DNA from: Sedimentisphaerales bacterium
GTDB taxonomy: Bacteria > Planctomycetota > Phycisphaerae > Sedimentisphaerales > SM23-30
NCBI GenBank assembly: GCA_963663965.2
Contig: CAXXFK010000001.1
Coordinates: forward strand, 96,001 to 160,000
DNA: 64,000 nucleotides
Direction of reading: 5' to 3'
The notes below the pieces were generated by a model. That model had not been told where the DNA came from, did not search any database, and was given only the letters and a program-made list of their open reading frames with translations. A program made the position numbers and the translations under genes. Each line of letters begins with the position of its first letter. Positions within the stretch are counted from its first letter, which is position 1. Positions 51,154 to 60,868 of this stretch are shown here, piece by piece.

Positions 51154-52227
51154 TTAACGTGCCGGCAATTTTAATTTCATTCCAGGACGAATCGATTTCT
51201 CATCACTGAGCATTTTGTCATTCAGTTTGGCAATTTCTGGAAAACGATTACCTCCCCCCAGTTTATTTTGAGCGATAGACCATAAACTATCCCCTTTTTG
51301 AACGACATAAAACGTTTCAGCCTTACTTTCAGGCACTGTTTTTTCCTGCGAAATACCTGTTACAGTCTGTGCAGGACGATTTTGATTCGCAACAGGATTG
51401 TTTCCAGATATCGAGGGTATCACCAATATCTGGCCAATTTTGAGATTATTCATATCTTCCAGGGTGGTGGTATTCGCTTCGAAAATTCGCTTGACATTGA
51501 CCCATCGCTTCCCTTCACTATCGCCATAAACTTTTAAGGCAATCTGACTTAGATCATCGCCTTTAACAACGGTATAGCGCACGGATTGGCGAGTTGGAGC
51601 GGGAGAGATACGATCAGTTGAACCGGCAGGTGGGTTTGCATTGGTATTAGAGGATACACGGGGCGGCACATCAATGGTATTTCGCTGACCCGCTTTGATC
51701 GAACTGGAATCCGGCGCCTCAATAACGGCGTCAACCGCATGACGATATATCCCGGATTCCGGCTGAATTCGATCAGTCTCAGAACGATTTTCAGGCTGCA
51801 AACTGGTTCCGGGCAGTGGAATGCGTAAACGCACGGCATCTTCCGCGCTATCACGCTGAGGAGTCGTTGAATTATAAACGATTGGGCCCGCCGGACGAAC
51901 CTGTTCGGGTGCGATGGCAGGTGTTTGCCGGTCAGGTGCAGGCAGAAGGTTCTCTCCATCATTTCCCAGACCGGCAAAATGGTATGTACCGGAATCCTTT
52001 GCAGACAAATTCTGCACCGCGTTAAGGGGTAGATTCTCGGGTTGGATCGACTGATTATTCTTGGCCAGTTTCTGAATCTCGTTTAAATCGTTCATGCTAT
52101 CGCAATGAACCCCTTTAAGAATGATCGCGATGGCGACAATAATCACCAGACTTAACAACAAACCAATTTTAGCTTCCTTGCTCATAACGAACTCCTGGCG
52201 CCAATTGCTAATGGATACATGATCCAA
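51154..52227 (-). CDS. Membrane-anchored double-LysM peptidoglycan-binding protein
   Basis: MSKEAKIGLLLSLVII anchor; YTVVKGDDLSQIA...IFEAN and YVVQKGDSLWSIA...IAKLN. Confidence 0.9.
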   Translation of the reverse strand: MDHVSISNWRQEFVMSKEAKIGLLLSLVIIVAIAIILKGVHCDSMNDLNEIQKLAKNNQSIQPENLPLNAVQNLSAKDSGTYHFAGLGNDGENLLPAPDRQTPAIAPEQVRPAGPIVYNSTTPQRDSAEDAVRLRIPLPGTSLQPENRSETDRIQPESGIYRHAVDAVIEAPDSSSIKAGQRNTIDVPPRVSSNTNANPPAGSTDRISPAPTRQSVRYTVVKGDDLSQIALKVYGDSEGKRWVNVKRIFEANTTTLEDMNNLKIGQILVIPSISGNNPVANQNRPAQTVTGISQEKTVPESKAETFYVVQKGDSLWSIAQNKLGGGNRFPEIAKLNDKMLSDEKSIRPGMKLKLPAR

Positions 52228-52269
52228 TTCATCGGCGCGTCAATTACAGAAATTACGGATTCCTATTGC

Positions 52270-53235
52270 TTAAATCCATTTAAAATCAGCGTTCCCTGTG
52301 GATTCAAATATTTGGTCGGTTCGGCGCGCGATACGCAACTTCGCGCTGCGGCTGCGCGGGTTGATTTCTATTTCTTCATCATCAGCAATTATCGGCTTAC
52401 GAACGATTAACTCATAAATGTCATTTCGCCGGTTTTCGTTAAAATCATTTTTTACAATACGATCTTCCAGGCTGTGAAAGCTGATCACCGCAATCATTCC
52501 GCCAGGATTCAACCGGTCCGGTGTTTGTTTTAACAGCTTTTCCAATTGATCCAGTTCATGATTAACGGCGATGCGTAATGCCTGAAAGGTTCGTGTTGCA
52601 GGATGCAGGGTATTATGGCGATGGCCTTTGCCGTAACCGATCGCTCGAACAATTATATTTTTTAATTCGCCTGTCGTCTGAAAAGGCTTCTGGGCACGAT
52701 ATTCGCAAATCAGGCGGGCAATCTTTCGACTATGTCTCTCCTCGCCATATTGAAAAATCAAGTTCGCCAATTCCTTCTGGCTGAGCCGATTGACAAACCA
52801 GGCGGCCGATTTCTCCAGGCGATCATCCAGCCTCATATCCAGGGGACTGTCTTCATGTTGAAAACTGATGCCTCGGTCGATATCCTCCAGTTGAGCCGAA
52901 CAAAATCCAAGGTCTGCGAGTATGATATCGACCTTGTTCACATTAAGATCTGACAGAATATCACTCAGCTGGCCGAAGTTTTCCCGGATCAGATCGACTC
53001 GGCATCGAACATTTTCCAGGCGGGTCCGGGCTGCCGCCAGACTATCCGGATCGACATCAATTCCAATCAGCCGGCCTTTTTCGGAGAGCCGGCTTGACAA
53101 TAAGGCAGAATGACCGCCCTGCCCCACCGTTGCATCAACTACAATTCCATCAGGCGGAAAAGTTAAATGCTCTATGATGGGTGCCGTCAGGACGGGAATA
53201 TGTACAAAGTCCTTTTTGCTCACATTCCTGTCCAT
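52270..53235 (-). CDS. rsmH: 16S rRNA m4C1402 methyltransferase
   Basis: HIPVL, DATVGQGGHS, PLDMR, HPATRTFQALRIAVN, SFHSLEDRIVK, NPRSRSAKLR. Confidence 0.97.
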   Translation of the reverse strand: MDRNVSKKDFVHIPVLTAPIIEHLTFPPDGIVVDATVGQGGHSALLSSRLSEKGRLIGIDVDPDSLAAARTRLENVRCRVDLIRENFGQLSDILSDLNVNKVDIILADLGFCSAQLEDIDRGISFQHEDSPLDMRLDDRLEKSAAWFVNRLSQKELANLIFQYGEERHSRKIARLICEYRAQKPFQTTGELKNIIVRAIGYGKGHRHNTLHPATRTFQALRIAVNHELDQLEKLLKQTPDRLNPGGMIAVISFHSLEDRIVKNDFNENRRNDIYELIVRKPIIADDEEIEINPRSRSAKLRIARRTDQIFESTGNADFKWI

Positions 53236-53252
53236 TGGGTTCTGATCGTCAC

Positions 53253-53528
53253 TCAGGAGTATAACGTCTTGTTGCGCGGCTGAACGGTATCAGTGGAATC
53301 CATTCCTGCGATAACCGTGCCTTTCGGTTCGATCAGTTGACTGGCTTCTTGAGAGAAAGCTACAAAACGATAATCGCCCCCCAGGCGCTGAATCCGCGCC
53401 AGTCTCTCACGCAATCGGTCTAGCAAGGGATAATCAATCCGGTCGTGATCATCGCTAACCAGGGCATGCTGAAGTTGCCGTAACGCCAATTGAGATTGAG
53501 TCAGAGTCAAATTATCATTATCTTTCAT
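53253..53528 (-). CDS. Hypothetical protein between mraZ and rsmH
   Basis: 91-aa ORF with an AAGGAG RBS. Confidence 0.55.
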   Translation of the reverse strand: MKDNDNLTLTQSQLALRQLQHALVSDDHDRIDYPLLDRLRERLARIQRLGGDYRFVAFSQEASQLIEPKGTVIAGMDSTDTVQPRNKTLYS

Positions 53529-53647
53529 CTAAAACTCCTTGGTAGTAACGGAAGATTTCCGCTTGGCAATCCCTCAAAAGGGGATTATAATTCGCTGACA
53601 CTTACTGGCTTGGCTTCGTTTTCTGGTTTTTAAAACTTACAAACCTG

Positions 53648-54127
53648 CTAGAAGCCGGCTTCCTGACGCTCTTTAACAAACATCTCATAACGGGCCTGTA
53701 GCATGATTCGTTCGCGATGCCCAAGACCATTTTCCAGGTATTTCTCCCATACCTGGGTGTCCCAGATTTCCAGATGATCGCGCGATCCAATCATCGTAAC
53801 CTGCTCAGACAGCCCAGTCCGCCTGATCGCTTTTTCGGGCAGGAGCACACGACCTTGCCGATCCAGCTCAACCTTGCTGGCTAAGGCGAAATTGACCCGT
53901 TCATAGGCCAGAAATTCATCCGGAGCCGCCATCCCTGGGGCCACGGCAAGGGCGATGCGCTGATAGATCTTCTCAGGATACAGACTCAAGGCCTGGCGAT
54001 GCTCGATCGTTAAGAAAAAACCTTCACCATGAAAATCTGGATCGATCTGCTCGCGAACCCGGCTGGGAATCGACAAGCGGTTCTTGGCATCAAGGGAAAG
54101 GTCAAATTCGCCATGCAACAAAATCAT
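53648..54127 (-). CDS. mraZ: Division/cell wall cluster transcriptional repressor (start probably at MILLHGEF)
   Basis: LDAKNRLSIP and LDRQGRVLLP SpoVT/AbrB repeats; DHLEIWD. Confidence 0.95.
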   Translation of the reverse strand: MILLHGEFDLSLDAKNRLSIPSRVREQIDPDFHGEGFFLTIEHRQALSLYPEKIYQRIALAVAPGMAAPDEFLAYERVNFALASKVELDRQGRVLLPEKAIRRTGLSEQVTMIGSRDHLEIWDTQVWEKYLENGLGHRERIMLQARYEMFVKERQEAGF

Positions 54128-54158
54128 GAGAAACACCAAAAAAACAAAACAACAATTT

Positions 54159-54192
54159 CCATTTCTTACCACTATGTACCACAAATCCCCAC
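54159..54192 (-). promoter_or_regulatory. MraZ-binding direct repeats
   Basis: GTGG/ATGG at an exact 10-bp period, four times (GTGGGGATTT GTGGTACATA GTGGTAAGAA ATGG), upstream of mraZ. Confidence 0.8.
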
Positions 54193-54540
54193 ATTTACAA
54201 GGACTATTTTGGCTAATTTTTCCATTTCCTTAGCTTGACTGGAAATTTTTTCTGAACCCGAACTAGATATTGCGTTTTGTGCAACCATAAAACACAAGAT
54301 AATTGATTAACGATTTAAATATTTTTTCAAGTTTTATTGGTTTTTTTGCCGAAGTTAATCACATTTTATCGGAACCATGTGGATAACCTGTTAGCAACAC
54401 TTTTTTATTGCCCCACCTCCCCCCACAGTGTGTTATATTTACTTTGTGCATTGTTAAAATCTCACGTGTTTCCCACTCCCTCTGGTTGACTTGCCCCACT
54501 TTTTATCATGTCGGCATTCTTTTCAGGTGTTCCCCTTTAA

Positions 54541-54640
54541 TCTCTTACAAATGAAATCTTGCGCAAAATGGCAAAGAAATCTCAGCAGGGAGGCGGATGC
54601 CGCTGTGACCCTGTTTGGTTCCGGCACTGCCGGTTTAGGG
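54541..54640 (-). repeat. Motif 2, copy C
   Basis: Reverse complement CCTAAACCGGCAGTGCCGGAACCAAACAGGGTCACAGCGGCATCCGCCTCCCTGCTGAGATTTCTTTGCCATTTTGCGCAAGATTTCATTTGTAAGAG. Confidence 0.7.
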
Positions 54641-54818
54641 TAATGTCAAAAATAATATGTATTTTTCCAGCTATATTCCGTTATTATTAATATCATTCTC
54701 ATATGAATTTATCGTTTTTTGCATTAAAGTATTTCTATAGTGCTTCACTCATAGTCCTTGTATTTATACCATTATCTAACTACACAATCCCGGGAAACCC
54801 ATAATTTATTACATATCA

Positions 54819-56537
54819 ATGCGTTACATAATATCAAATATATCCGCTCGTGGTTTACCGCTTTATTTATATCGTTTAGTAACCCTGAACCTGATAATTA
54901 TCCTGTGCATTCTTTTTATGCCAGGCGATGTGCTGGGTTTGCAAACGAACGAAGTGGCCATTATTGCCAATCAATCAGTACAGGAATCAATAGAAATTGC
55001 CGGCTATTACTGTCAAAAGAGAAAAATCAATCCAGACCGGATAATCGCTATCGAAATGCCACAATCGGAACGAATTAGCTGGCAGTCATATCAGGAAATG
55101 GCTCAGATCCTGCGCAAAAGACTGCAAACAGATCAGATGACCGGGGTAAAATGCCTGATTACGACCTGGGGTGTCCCTCTACGGATCAACGGATTTCAGC
55201 CACAAGATCAAGATCTGGAAAAACTGAAACTGATTGACCGCCTCATCCAGATCCATTTTGGCGAACTGGATGAAATGATCGATGAGTTTAAATCGATTAA
55301 TCCCATTGCCACGATTATCAAACCCAAAGATGCAAATACCTTTCAGATGCCGACATACTGGCTGAAACGAGATCAAACCGCTCAGGAAATGTATAAAAAT
55401 GCGGACGACGCCATGTGGGCAGCCCGAAATCTGGTAAAAAATATGGTGAATAAGGATGTGGCAATCAAGAAAAAAGAAGATTTTGAAACCCTGTTTCAAG
55501 ATTATATTGGTCTGGAAGGACAACTTTCAACAGTGGCCAGCCTGATAAAACAACAACCTGATCGCGAAGATTCGGCTTTGTTTAAACAGGAATATGAGAA
55601 AGGTATGATTGAGCTGAAAAAACTGGCAGCAGAAGCGTCAGCAATAAGATCTTTACCATTCAATACAGAAACCTGGACCAGACGTTATGAGTTGATTCGA
55701 AAGGCCGCCGGCTTAAAAGGGGTTTGCCGCATATTGATCGCTGACCGCAAGGGAATCGGAGACGAAGACAGCGAATCCGCATTGGATAGCGAATTGACCC
55801 TGGTTTTATGGGAACATTATTCTCCCTCCGGCCAGATTCCCAATCTGTTGAATCCAAAGTACAACCCGCAGAACGATACGCCGGCCCATCTCGTTCAACA
55901 ACCGGTATTGATGGTATCCCGCCTGGACGGACCAACTCCTGATATTGCCAGAGGACTGGTTGACAAGGCTATCGAAGCTGAAAATACAATCTTACAGGGC
56001 CAGGTCTACCTGGATGCCAGAAATATCAAAAATGATATCGATACCTTTGGCTCCTATGGCTATTTTGACGAAAAAATCCGAATCACGGCTGATATTCTCC
56101 AAAAACAAACCAGCCTGAAAGTCCATCTGGATAACCAGCCGGCGCTTTTCGGCCCGGGCCAGTGCCCGGATACTTTACTGTATTGCGGCTGGTACAGTCT
56201 GAGAAAGTATATCGATTCATTTACATTTGCACCCGGTGCTATCGGTTACCATATCGCCAGTTTTGAGGCCGAGACTCTCCGCCATCACGATCCGGATACC
56301 GGTCAGTGGTGTAAATGCCTGCTCGAAAATGGCATGACCGCCACCCTGGGGGCAGTCGCCGAACCCTACCTGCATACCTTCCCACCCCCCGATGCCTTCT
56401 TCCAGGACCTGGTTCGCGGCGATGACACCCTGGCAGAGGTCTATTTCCGACATTTACCCTTTAATTCCTGGCGGATCATCCTTATTGGTGATCCTTTATT
56501 CCGGCCCAGATATCCAATTCATTCACAAGATAATTAA
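54819..56537 (+). CDS. TIGR03790-family exported protein
   Basis: EVAIIAN...SIEIAGYYCQKR, GVPLRI, ALDSEL, MVSRLDG, YCGWYS, GAIGYHIASFEA, ATLGAVAEPYL, IGDPLFRP. Confidence 0.8.
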   Translation: MRYIISNISARGLPLYLYRLVTLNLIIILCILFMPGDVLGLQTNEVAIIANQSVQESIEIAGYYCQKRKINPDRIIAIEMPQSERISWQSYQEMAQILRKRLQTDQMTGVKCLITTWGVPLRINGFQPQDQDLEKLKLIDRLIQIHFGELDEMIDEFKSINPIATIIKPKDANTFQMPTYWLKRDQTAQEMYKNADDAMWAARNLVKNMVNKDVAIKKKEDFETLFQDYIGLEGQLSTVASLIKQQPDREDSALFKQEYEKGMIELKKLAAEASAIRSLPFNTETWTRRYELIRKAAGLKGVCRILIADRKGIGDEDSESALDSELTLVLWEHYSPSGQIPNLLNPKYNPQNDTPAHLVQQPVLMVSRLDGPTPDIARGLVDKAIEAENTILQGQVYLDARNIKNDIDTFGSYGYFDEKIRITADILQKQTSLKVHLDNQPALFGPGQCPDTLLYCGWYSLRKYIDSFTFAPGAIGYHIASFEAETLRHHDPDTGQWCKCLLENGMTATLGAVAEPYLHTFPPPDAFFQDLVRGDDTLAEVYFRHLPFNSWRIILIGDPLFRPRYPIHSQDN

Positions 56538-56783
56538 ATCCATTCCCCTCCCTGCCAAACGCCTGATGAACTGCTTTGATTTGGCAAAAAAAATCATCTA
56601 ATGTTTCCAATTGGTAAAATCCAGACTTTTCTGCCTTGTCGGAGTTGATTGGCCTATAATTAATTAGAGGATATATTTCTGGTTTCCGTTTGATCGAGAT
56701 TAAATCGATCAATATAGATAAATCTTAAAAACGGACAGTTTGCTGTCACCAACCCATTTTTTGATTTTTCCTCCTTCTATTGT

Positions 56784-56822
56784 GTGAAGCAGAGTCAAAA
56801 TAGGGCTCTGCTTCACTTTTTG
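56784..56822 (+). terminator. Rho-independent terminator-like hairpin
   Basis: GTGAAGCAGAG ... CTCTGCTTCAC followed by TTTTT. Confidence 0.7.
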
Positions 56823-56919
56823 ATTAACTGCTGGTATTTTTCATTTGCAACCTCACCGGTTTCCGATATAAGTAATTTGTTGTGTTAAACCAAAACTACT
56901 TGTACAAGGAGATCTTTCC

Positions 56920-57477
56920 ATGAGGGCTATTACAATTCTCACATTATCGTGTCTGGCCTGCTTACTAGTCGGCTGCCAGAATAAAGAACTAATTCAATGC
57001 CAGGAGGATCTGGTTAAATGTCAGGAAGAAAATACTTCGATACAGCAGGAATCCGCAAAAACAAAAGAGGATGCTAAAGCAATAATGAAAGAAATGAGCA
57101 GGCTGCTTCAAGATGAAAACATGAAAGCGACACAACTTGAAACAACAATCTCAGGCTTACGGCAGACGATTACCGAATTGGAAACAAAGCGGAAAGATGA
57201 AAATACCAAACTGCGGGAATCCATGATGGAAGCGCTGGCCAAAACCAAGGACCTGGAAACTCAACTTAAAAAAGTTCTTGACGACCTGGCCGCCGTTACG
57301 ACCCAAAAACAAACGGCGCTTGCCGAGTGCCAGAAACTGGAAAGCTCTTTAGCCCAGGCAATGCAGAAACTCGCCCAGCTTGAAGCGGAAACCAAACAGC
57401 TTAAAGATGAAAACAGCAAATTAAAATCCGAAATTGAGGCCGCTAAAGCGAAATCGAATACGGAAGGCGCCCAATAA
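56920..57477 (+). CDS. Coiled-coil lipoprotein
   Basis: RBS AAGGAG; lipobox LVGC; long heptad E/K/L/Q-rich helix. Confidence 0.8.
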   Translation: MRAITILTLSCLACLLVGCQNKELIQCQEDLVKCQEENTSIQQESAKTKEDAKAIMKEMSRLLQDENMKATQLETTISGLRQTITELETKRKDENTKLRESMMEALAKTKDLETQLKKVLDDLAAVTTQKQTALAECQKLESSLAQAMQKLAQLEAETKQLKDENSKLKSEIEAAKAKSNTEGAQ

Positions 57478-57493
57478 GCTTATTTTATGCCAC

Positions 57494-57533
57494 AAAAAAA
57501 GGCAGAGCCAATCAATCCGGCTCTGCCTTTTTT
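57494..57533. terminator. Bidirectional terminator
   Basis: A7-GGCAGAGCC ... GGCTCTGCC-T6 between convergent genes. Confidence 0.9.
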
Positions 57534-57557
57534 ATTACTCGCCTGCTTTAAAATGTT

Positions 57558-59102
57558 TTATAAGCTTTCAATGGTAATCGATTGATTCAGCGCGGTGACC
57601 GCATTAATATCGATCTGCAATGAAAAGACCACCGGAACTTCAGTCTGAAGAGTCGTGTCGGAAATCGTGATATAGAATATACCCTTACTGGTATCAAAAT
57701 AAGCATAATTGATAAAATAAGTTTCCGCTAATTCCTTGGGACGCTTATAAACATATTTGCCTTTTGTAAATTTAAAACCATCTTCTCCCACGGGAATCGT
57801 TTCGGTAAAATCGCCCCAGGAAACAGTCACCTGCAAGTCCTGTTGTTCATCGCTGCTGAGCGTTTCATCCAAAGCGAATGAGCCATATATCTTGGCGGAG
57901 GACAGCCCGGTTTTGCTGTTAGTTTTTACCACTTGTTTGCGGACCTGCAGATAATCGGTATTACCCAGCAGATATTCCACCGGCATGGTTTTGGCGCCGT
58001 TCAGAATCGATTCATCCAGTTCATACATCACGTCAAAATCGCCGATCGCAAATGCCAGCGTCACGGGCGAGGTCAGGCCGGACAAATCGATATTACGGCC
58101 ATATAAAGTAAAGACCCCTTTGGCCACATCAACCTTCACCAGTTTAAGCCCGTCGGTCCCCTTGAAATAAAATCCGGTTTCCTTGCTGTTCATCTTGAAA
58201 CCTTCATCATCAAAAGGAACCGCCTGGCTGAACACCTCATCCGGCCCGTTCAACGCCACACTGAAACTGTCGGCAGTGGTTAATATATCCTGACCGGCGC
58301 TCAACTGTCCGGAGATGATAAACGAATCGGAAATAACCTCCCCATCCCGCTTTTTGTCCGCCTTGAAAATCGCCTTGGTCACCAGATCCTCAGGAATCGC
58401 TTCAAATTTGACTTTAACGGTACGGTCTTTTGTCATGGTAATCGTATTGCTTTCCAGCAGCCAGCTATTATCAGCCCCGCTCCAACCGGCCACACGGTAT
58501 CCGGTATCCGGTACCGCCGTCAATGCCACAACCTCGTTGGTCGAATAGCGGCCGGAATCCGGCACCACCACACCATGATCACCCACAACCATACAGGTTA
58601 AACTGTGGGTATCACCCGATGCATGAGGCACCACCCAGATAGAATCCATAATAGTATCCGCCGTTAACGCTTGTCCATTGAGTACCGTATCGTCTGCCAC
58701 AGCGGTCAAGGTCACCTGGATGGGACTGCCCGAATTGAACATCAAAATAAGATTGTCCACAAGCAAACCTTCTGTCGGCGCAGCCGAAAGCCATTGAGTG
58801 GCGGTGACTTGAACTTTTTTAGAACTGGAATTTTCCGTCACCACTTTACCCGGGAAATCATACAAAACCGGAAAGGTGGTTTCTGTATAGTCAAAAAGTC
58901 CGTTATGCGGATCACTGATACTTAAATTCAATGTGTAACTTTTACAGGGAACGGCATCGGTCAGTTCCACCGACAAAATCACGGCATCTTCATCTTCGAT
59001 ATTAATGGTATCATCAGACAAGCCATTGACATGGATCTTCATACCACCCAACGCGACAGAGGCGCCAATCATCAGGGCTACAGCCAACCATTTAACTTTC
59101 AT
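57558..59102 (-). CDS. Secreted beta-rich protein with an InlB-B/Flg_new-like repeat
   Basis: Signal peptide; VVALTAVPDTGYRVAGWSGAD...ITMTKDRTVKVKFE; N-terminal domain resembles that of the neighbouring PEP-CTERM proteins. Confidence 0.75.
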   Translation of the reverse strand: MKVKWLAVALMIGASVALGGMKIHVNGLSDDTINIEDEDAVILSVELTDAVPCKSYTLNLSISDPHNGLFDYTETTFPVLYDFPGKVVTENSSSKKVQVTATQWLSAAPTEGLLVDNLILMFNSGSPIQVTLTAVADDTVLNGQALTADTIMDSIWVVPHASGDTHSLTCMVVGDHGVVVPDSGRYSTNEVVALTAVPDTGYRVAGWSGADNSWLLESNTITMTKDRTVKVKFEAIPEDLVTKAIFKADKKRDGEVISDSFIISGQLSAGQDILTTADSFSVALNGPDEVFSQAVPFDDEGFKMNSKETGFYFKGTDGLKLVKVDVAKGVFTLYGRNIDLSGLTSPVTLAFAIGDFDVMYELDESILNGAKTMPVEYLLGNTDYLQVRKQVVKTNSKTGLSSAKIYGSFALDETLSSDEQQDLQVTVSWGDFTETIPVGEDGFKFTKGKYVYKRPKELAETYFINYAYFDTSKGIFYITISDTTLQTEVPVVFSLQIDINAVTALNQSITIESL

Positions 59103-59302
59103 AATTCGTCCTTTCTCTAAATATTCATAATGAGATCAATGAGTACATGTTACCTTATCGTCTGCATTAAACCTGAAGTTAAACGCAAAGTAACTCACTG
59201 GATTATTTCCTATAATACACCGGTTTCCAATGCCATGCCACGTAAAAACCTCTCCATTGAGACAATGACCTCAACACTTATCGGACGATTAGATCTGCGC
59301 AC

Positions 59303-59346
59303 AAAAAAACGAGGTGGCAAATCAATTCGCAACCTCGTTTATTTTT
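59303..59346 (-). terminator. Terminator of PEP-CTERM gene 59385..59963
   Basis: AACGAGG...CCTCGTT stem with A7 on the + strand (U-tract on -); paralogous to 60190-60233. Confidence 0.75.
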
Positions 59347-59384
59347 ATCATCCGAAGGATTCAAATACGGTTCGTGGGTCGCCT

Positions 59385-59963
59385 TTAGGCGCGACGGCGA
59401 CGGATCAGAGCCAGGCCACCAAGCCCCAGCAAACTCATGGTCGTCGGCTCTGGAAAGATTGTAATGGTTCTGGCCAGACTCCAGCCGGCGCCATCGATAT
59501 TCGTGCTGATCATAAGTTTATTAAAACAACGACCACTATAGGTATAGGTCAACCCTGAGAGTAGCACTTCTTCAGTTACCTGAGTGGCATCGGCAGTCAA
59601 TCCCATGGCGCCTTCAACTTGAACCTTGCTGGCCGTCTTCGCCTGATAGATCAGCGGTTGGGCGTAAAGGCTTGGTACATCGAAATAGGTATCTGGACCG
59701 GTGGGAACACGCATCGATACATACGTGGTATCAAGTGCGGCATGATCGTAGCTGAAAGAACCTATATCATTGTCCAGTTCTAAAATAAAACCAATGGATC
59801 TTTTTACCGTACCAGCCGTAACACCAACAGAAATATCATATGAACCGAACGATACAATCAGTTGATTACCACTAATAAAACTCCCATCAACATTTATAAA
59901 CAAACCGGCGTTTGCAAAAGCCGTTACACCAAGAACCAGGGCAAAGGCTAACAACTTCTTCAT
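59385..59963 (-). CDS. PEP-CTERM sorting-domain protein (paralog 2)
   Basis: Signal peptide; FPEPTTMSLLGLGGLALIRRRRA. Confidence 0.92.
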   Translation of the reverse strand: MKKLLAFALVLGVTAFANAGLFINVDGSFISGNQLIVSFGSYDISVGVTAGTVKRSIGFILELDNDIGSFSYDHAALDTTYVSMRVPTGPDTYFDVPSLYAQPLIYQAKTASKVQVEGAMGLTADATQVTEEVLLSGLTYTYSGRCFNKLMISTNIDGAGWSLARTITIFPEPTTMSLLGLGGLALIRRRRA

Positions 59964-59977
59964 AATAATCTCCTTTT

Positions 59978-60082
59978 TATACTGATTACAATTGAAAATG
60001 CCCGCTGGGCCGTGATATAACTTCTACGCAGGCAAACACTTATCTTGCGAGCGATCAGGAATTATCATACCCATTGGGTATA
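59978..60082 (-). ncRNA. Candidate structured RNA motif 1, copy 3 (5' leader of the PEP-CTERM gene)
   Basis: TATACCCAATGGGTATGATAATTCCTGATCGCTCGCAAGATAAG...CGGGCATTTTCAATTGTAATCAGTATA, abutting the AAGGAG RBS. Confidence 0.55.
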
Positions 60083-60189
60083 GATCCCCTGACAAGAGGA
60101 GCTTTTTCGATTGTCTGGAAAAATCATTTTGTCATACACATTTTACCTGCCTGAACGACTTCGACATTATCGGACTATAACATAAGCGT

Positions 60190-60233
60190 AAAAAAACGAG
60201 GCTGCGAATAGATTCGCAACCTCGTTCATTTTT
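60190..60233 (-). terminator. Terminator of PEP-CTERM gene 60275..60868
   Basis: AACGAGGCTGCGAAT...ATTCGCAACCTCGTT stem with A7 on the + strand. Confidence 0.8.
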
Positions 60234-60274
60234 AGATTACCTGAATTTTTCAGGCAGGGTTCATGGCGTCGTGA

Positions 60275-60868
60275 TTAGGCGCGACGACGACGGATCAGAG
60301 CCAGACCACCAAGGCCCAGCAGGCTCATGGTCATCGGTTCTGGAATCTGATGAATGGTGATGGCTTCAGCTTGACCCCAGCCAGCGCCATTGATATTCGT
60401 GCTGATCAGGAGCTGTACATCACCCAGACCCGTGGGGGTATAGGTTAAGCCTGACAGAAGCACTTCATCAATAACTTGAGTGGCATCGGCGGTTAAACCC
60501 ATGGCGCCTTCAACTTGAACCTTGCTGCCGGTCTTCGACTGATAAATCAGCGGAAGAGCATAGGCGCTTGGAACATCGAAAAAGGTATCAGGACCGGTGG
60601 GAACACGCATTGATACAAACGTGGTATCAAGTGCAGCGCCGTCATAGCTGAAAGAAGCTAAATCGCCGTTCAGTTCCATAATGAAACCAACAGCTCTTTT
60701 GACGGTACCGGCTGTGACACCCACATCGAGAGTCACTGAATCAACTTTAGTGATATCAATTTCGAATTCAGTGCCGGAAACCGGGTCGCCATTTACATTT
60801 ATAAACAAACCGGCGTTCGCAAAAGCGGTAACACCAAGAACCAAGGCAAGAGCTAACAACTTCTTCAT
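60275..60868 (-). CDS. PEP-CTERM sorting-domain protein (paralog 1)
   Basis: Signal peptide; IPEPMTMSLLGLGGLALIRRRRA. Confidence 0.92.
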   Translation of the reverse strand: MKKLLALALVLGVTAFANAGLFINVNGDPVSGTEFEIDITKVDSVTLDVGVTAGTVKRAVGFIMELNGDLASFSYDGAALDTTFVSMRVPTGPDTFFDVPSAYALPLIYQSKTGSKVQVEGAMGLTADATQVIDEVLLSGLTYTPTGLGDVQLLISTNINGAGWGQAEAITIHQIPEPMTMSLLGLGGLALIRRRRA

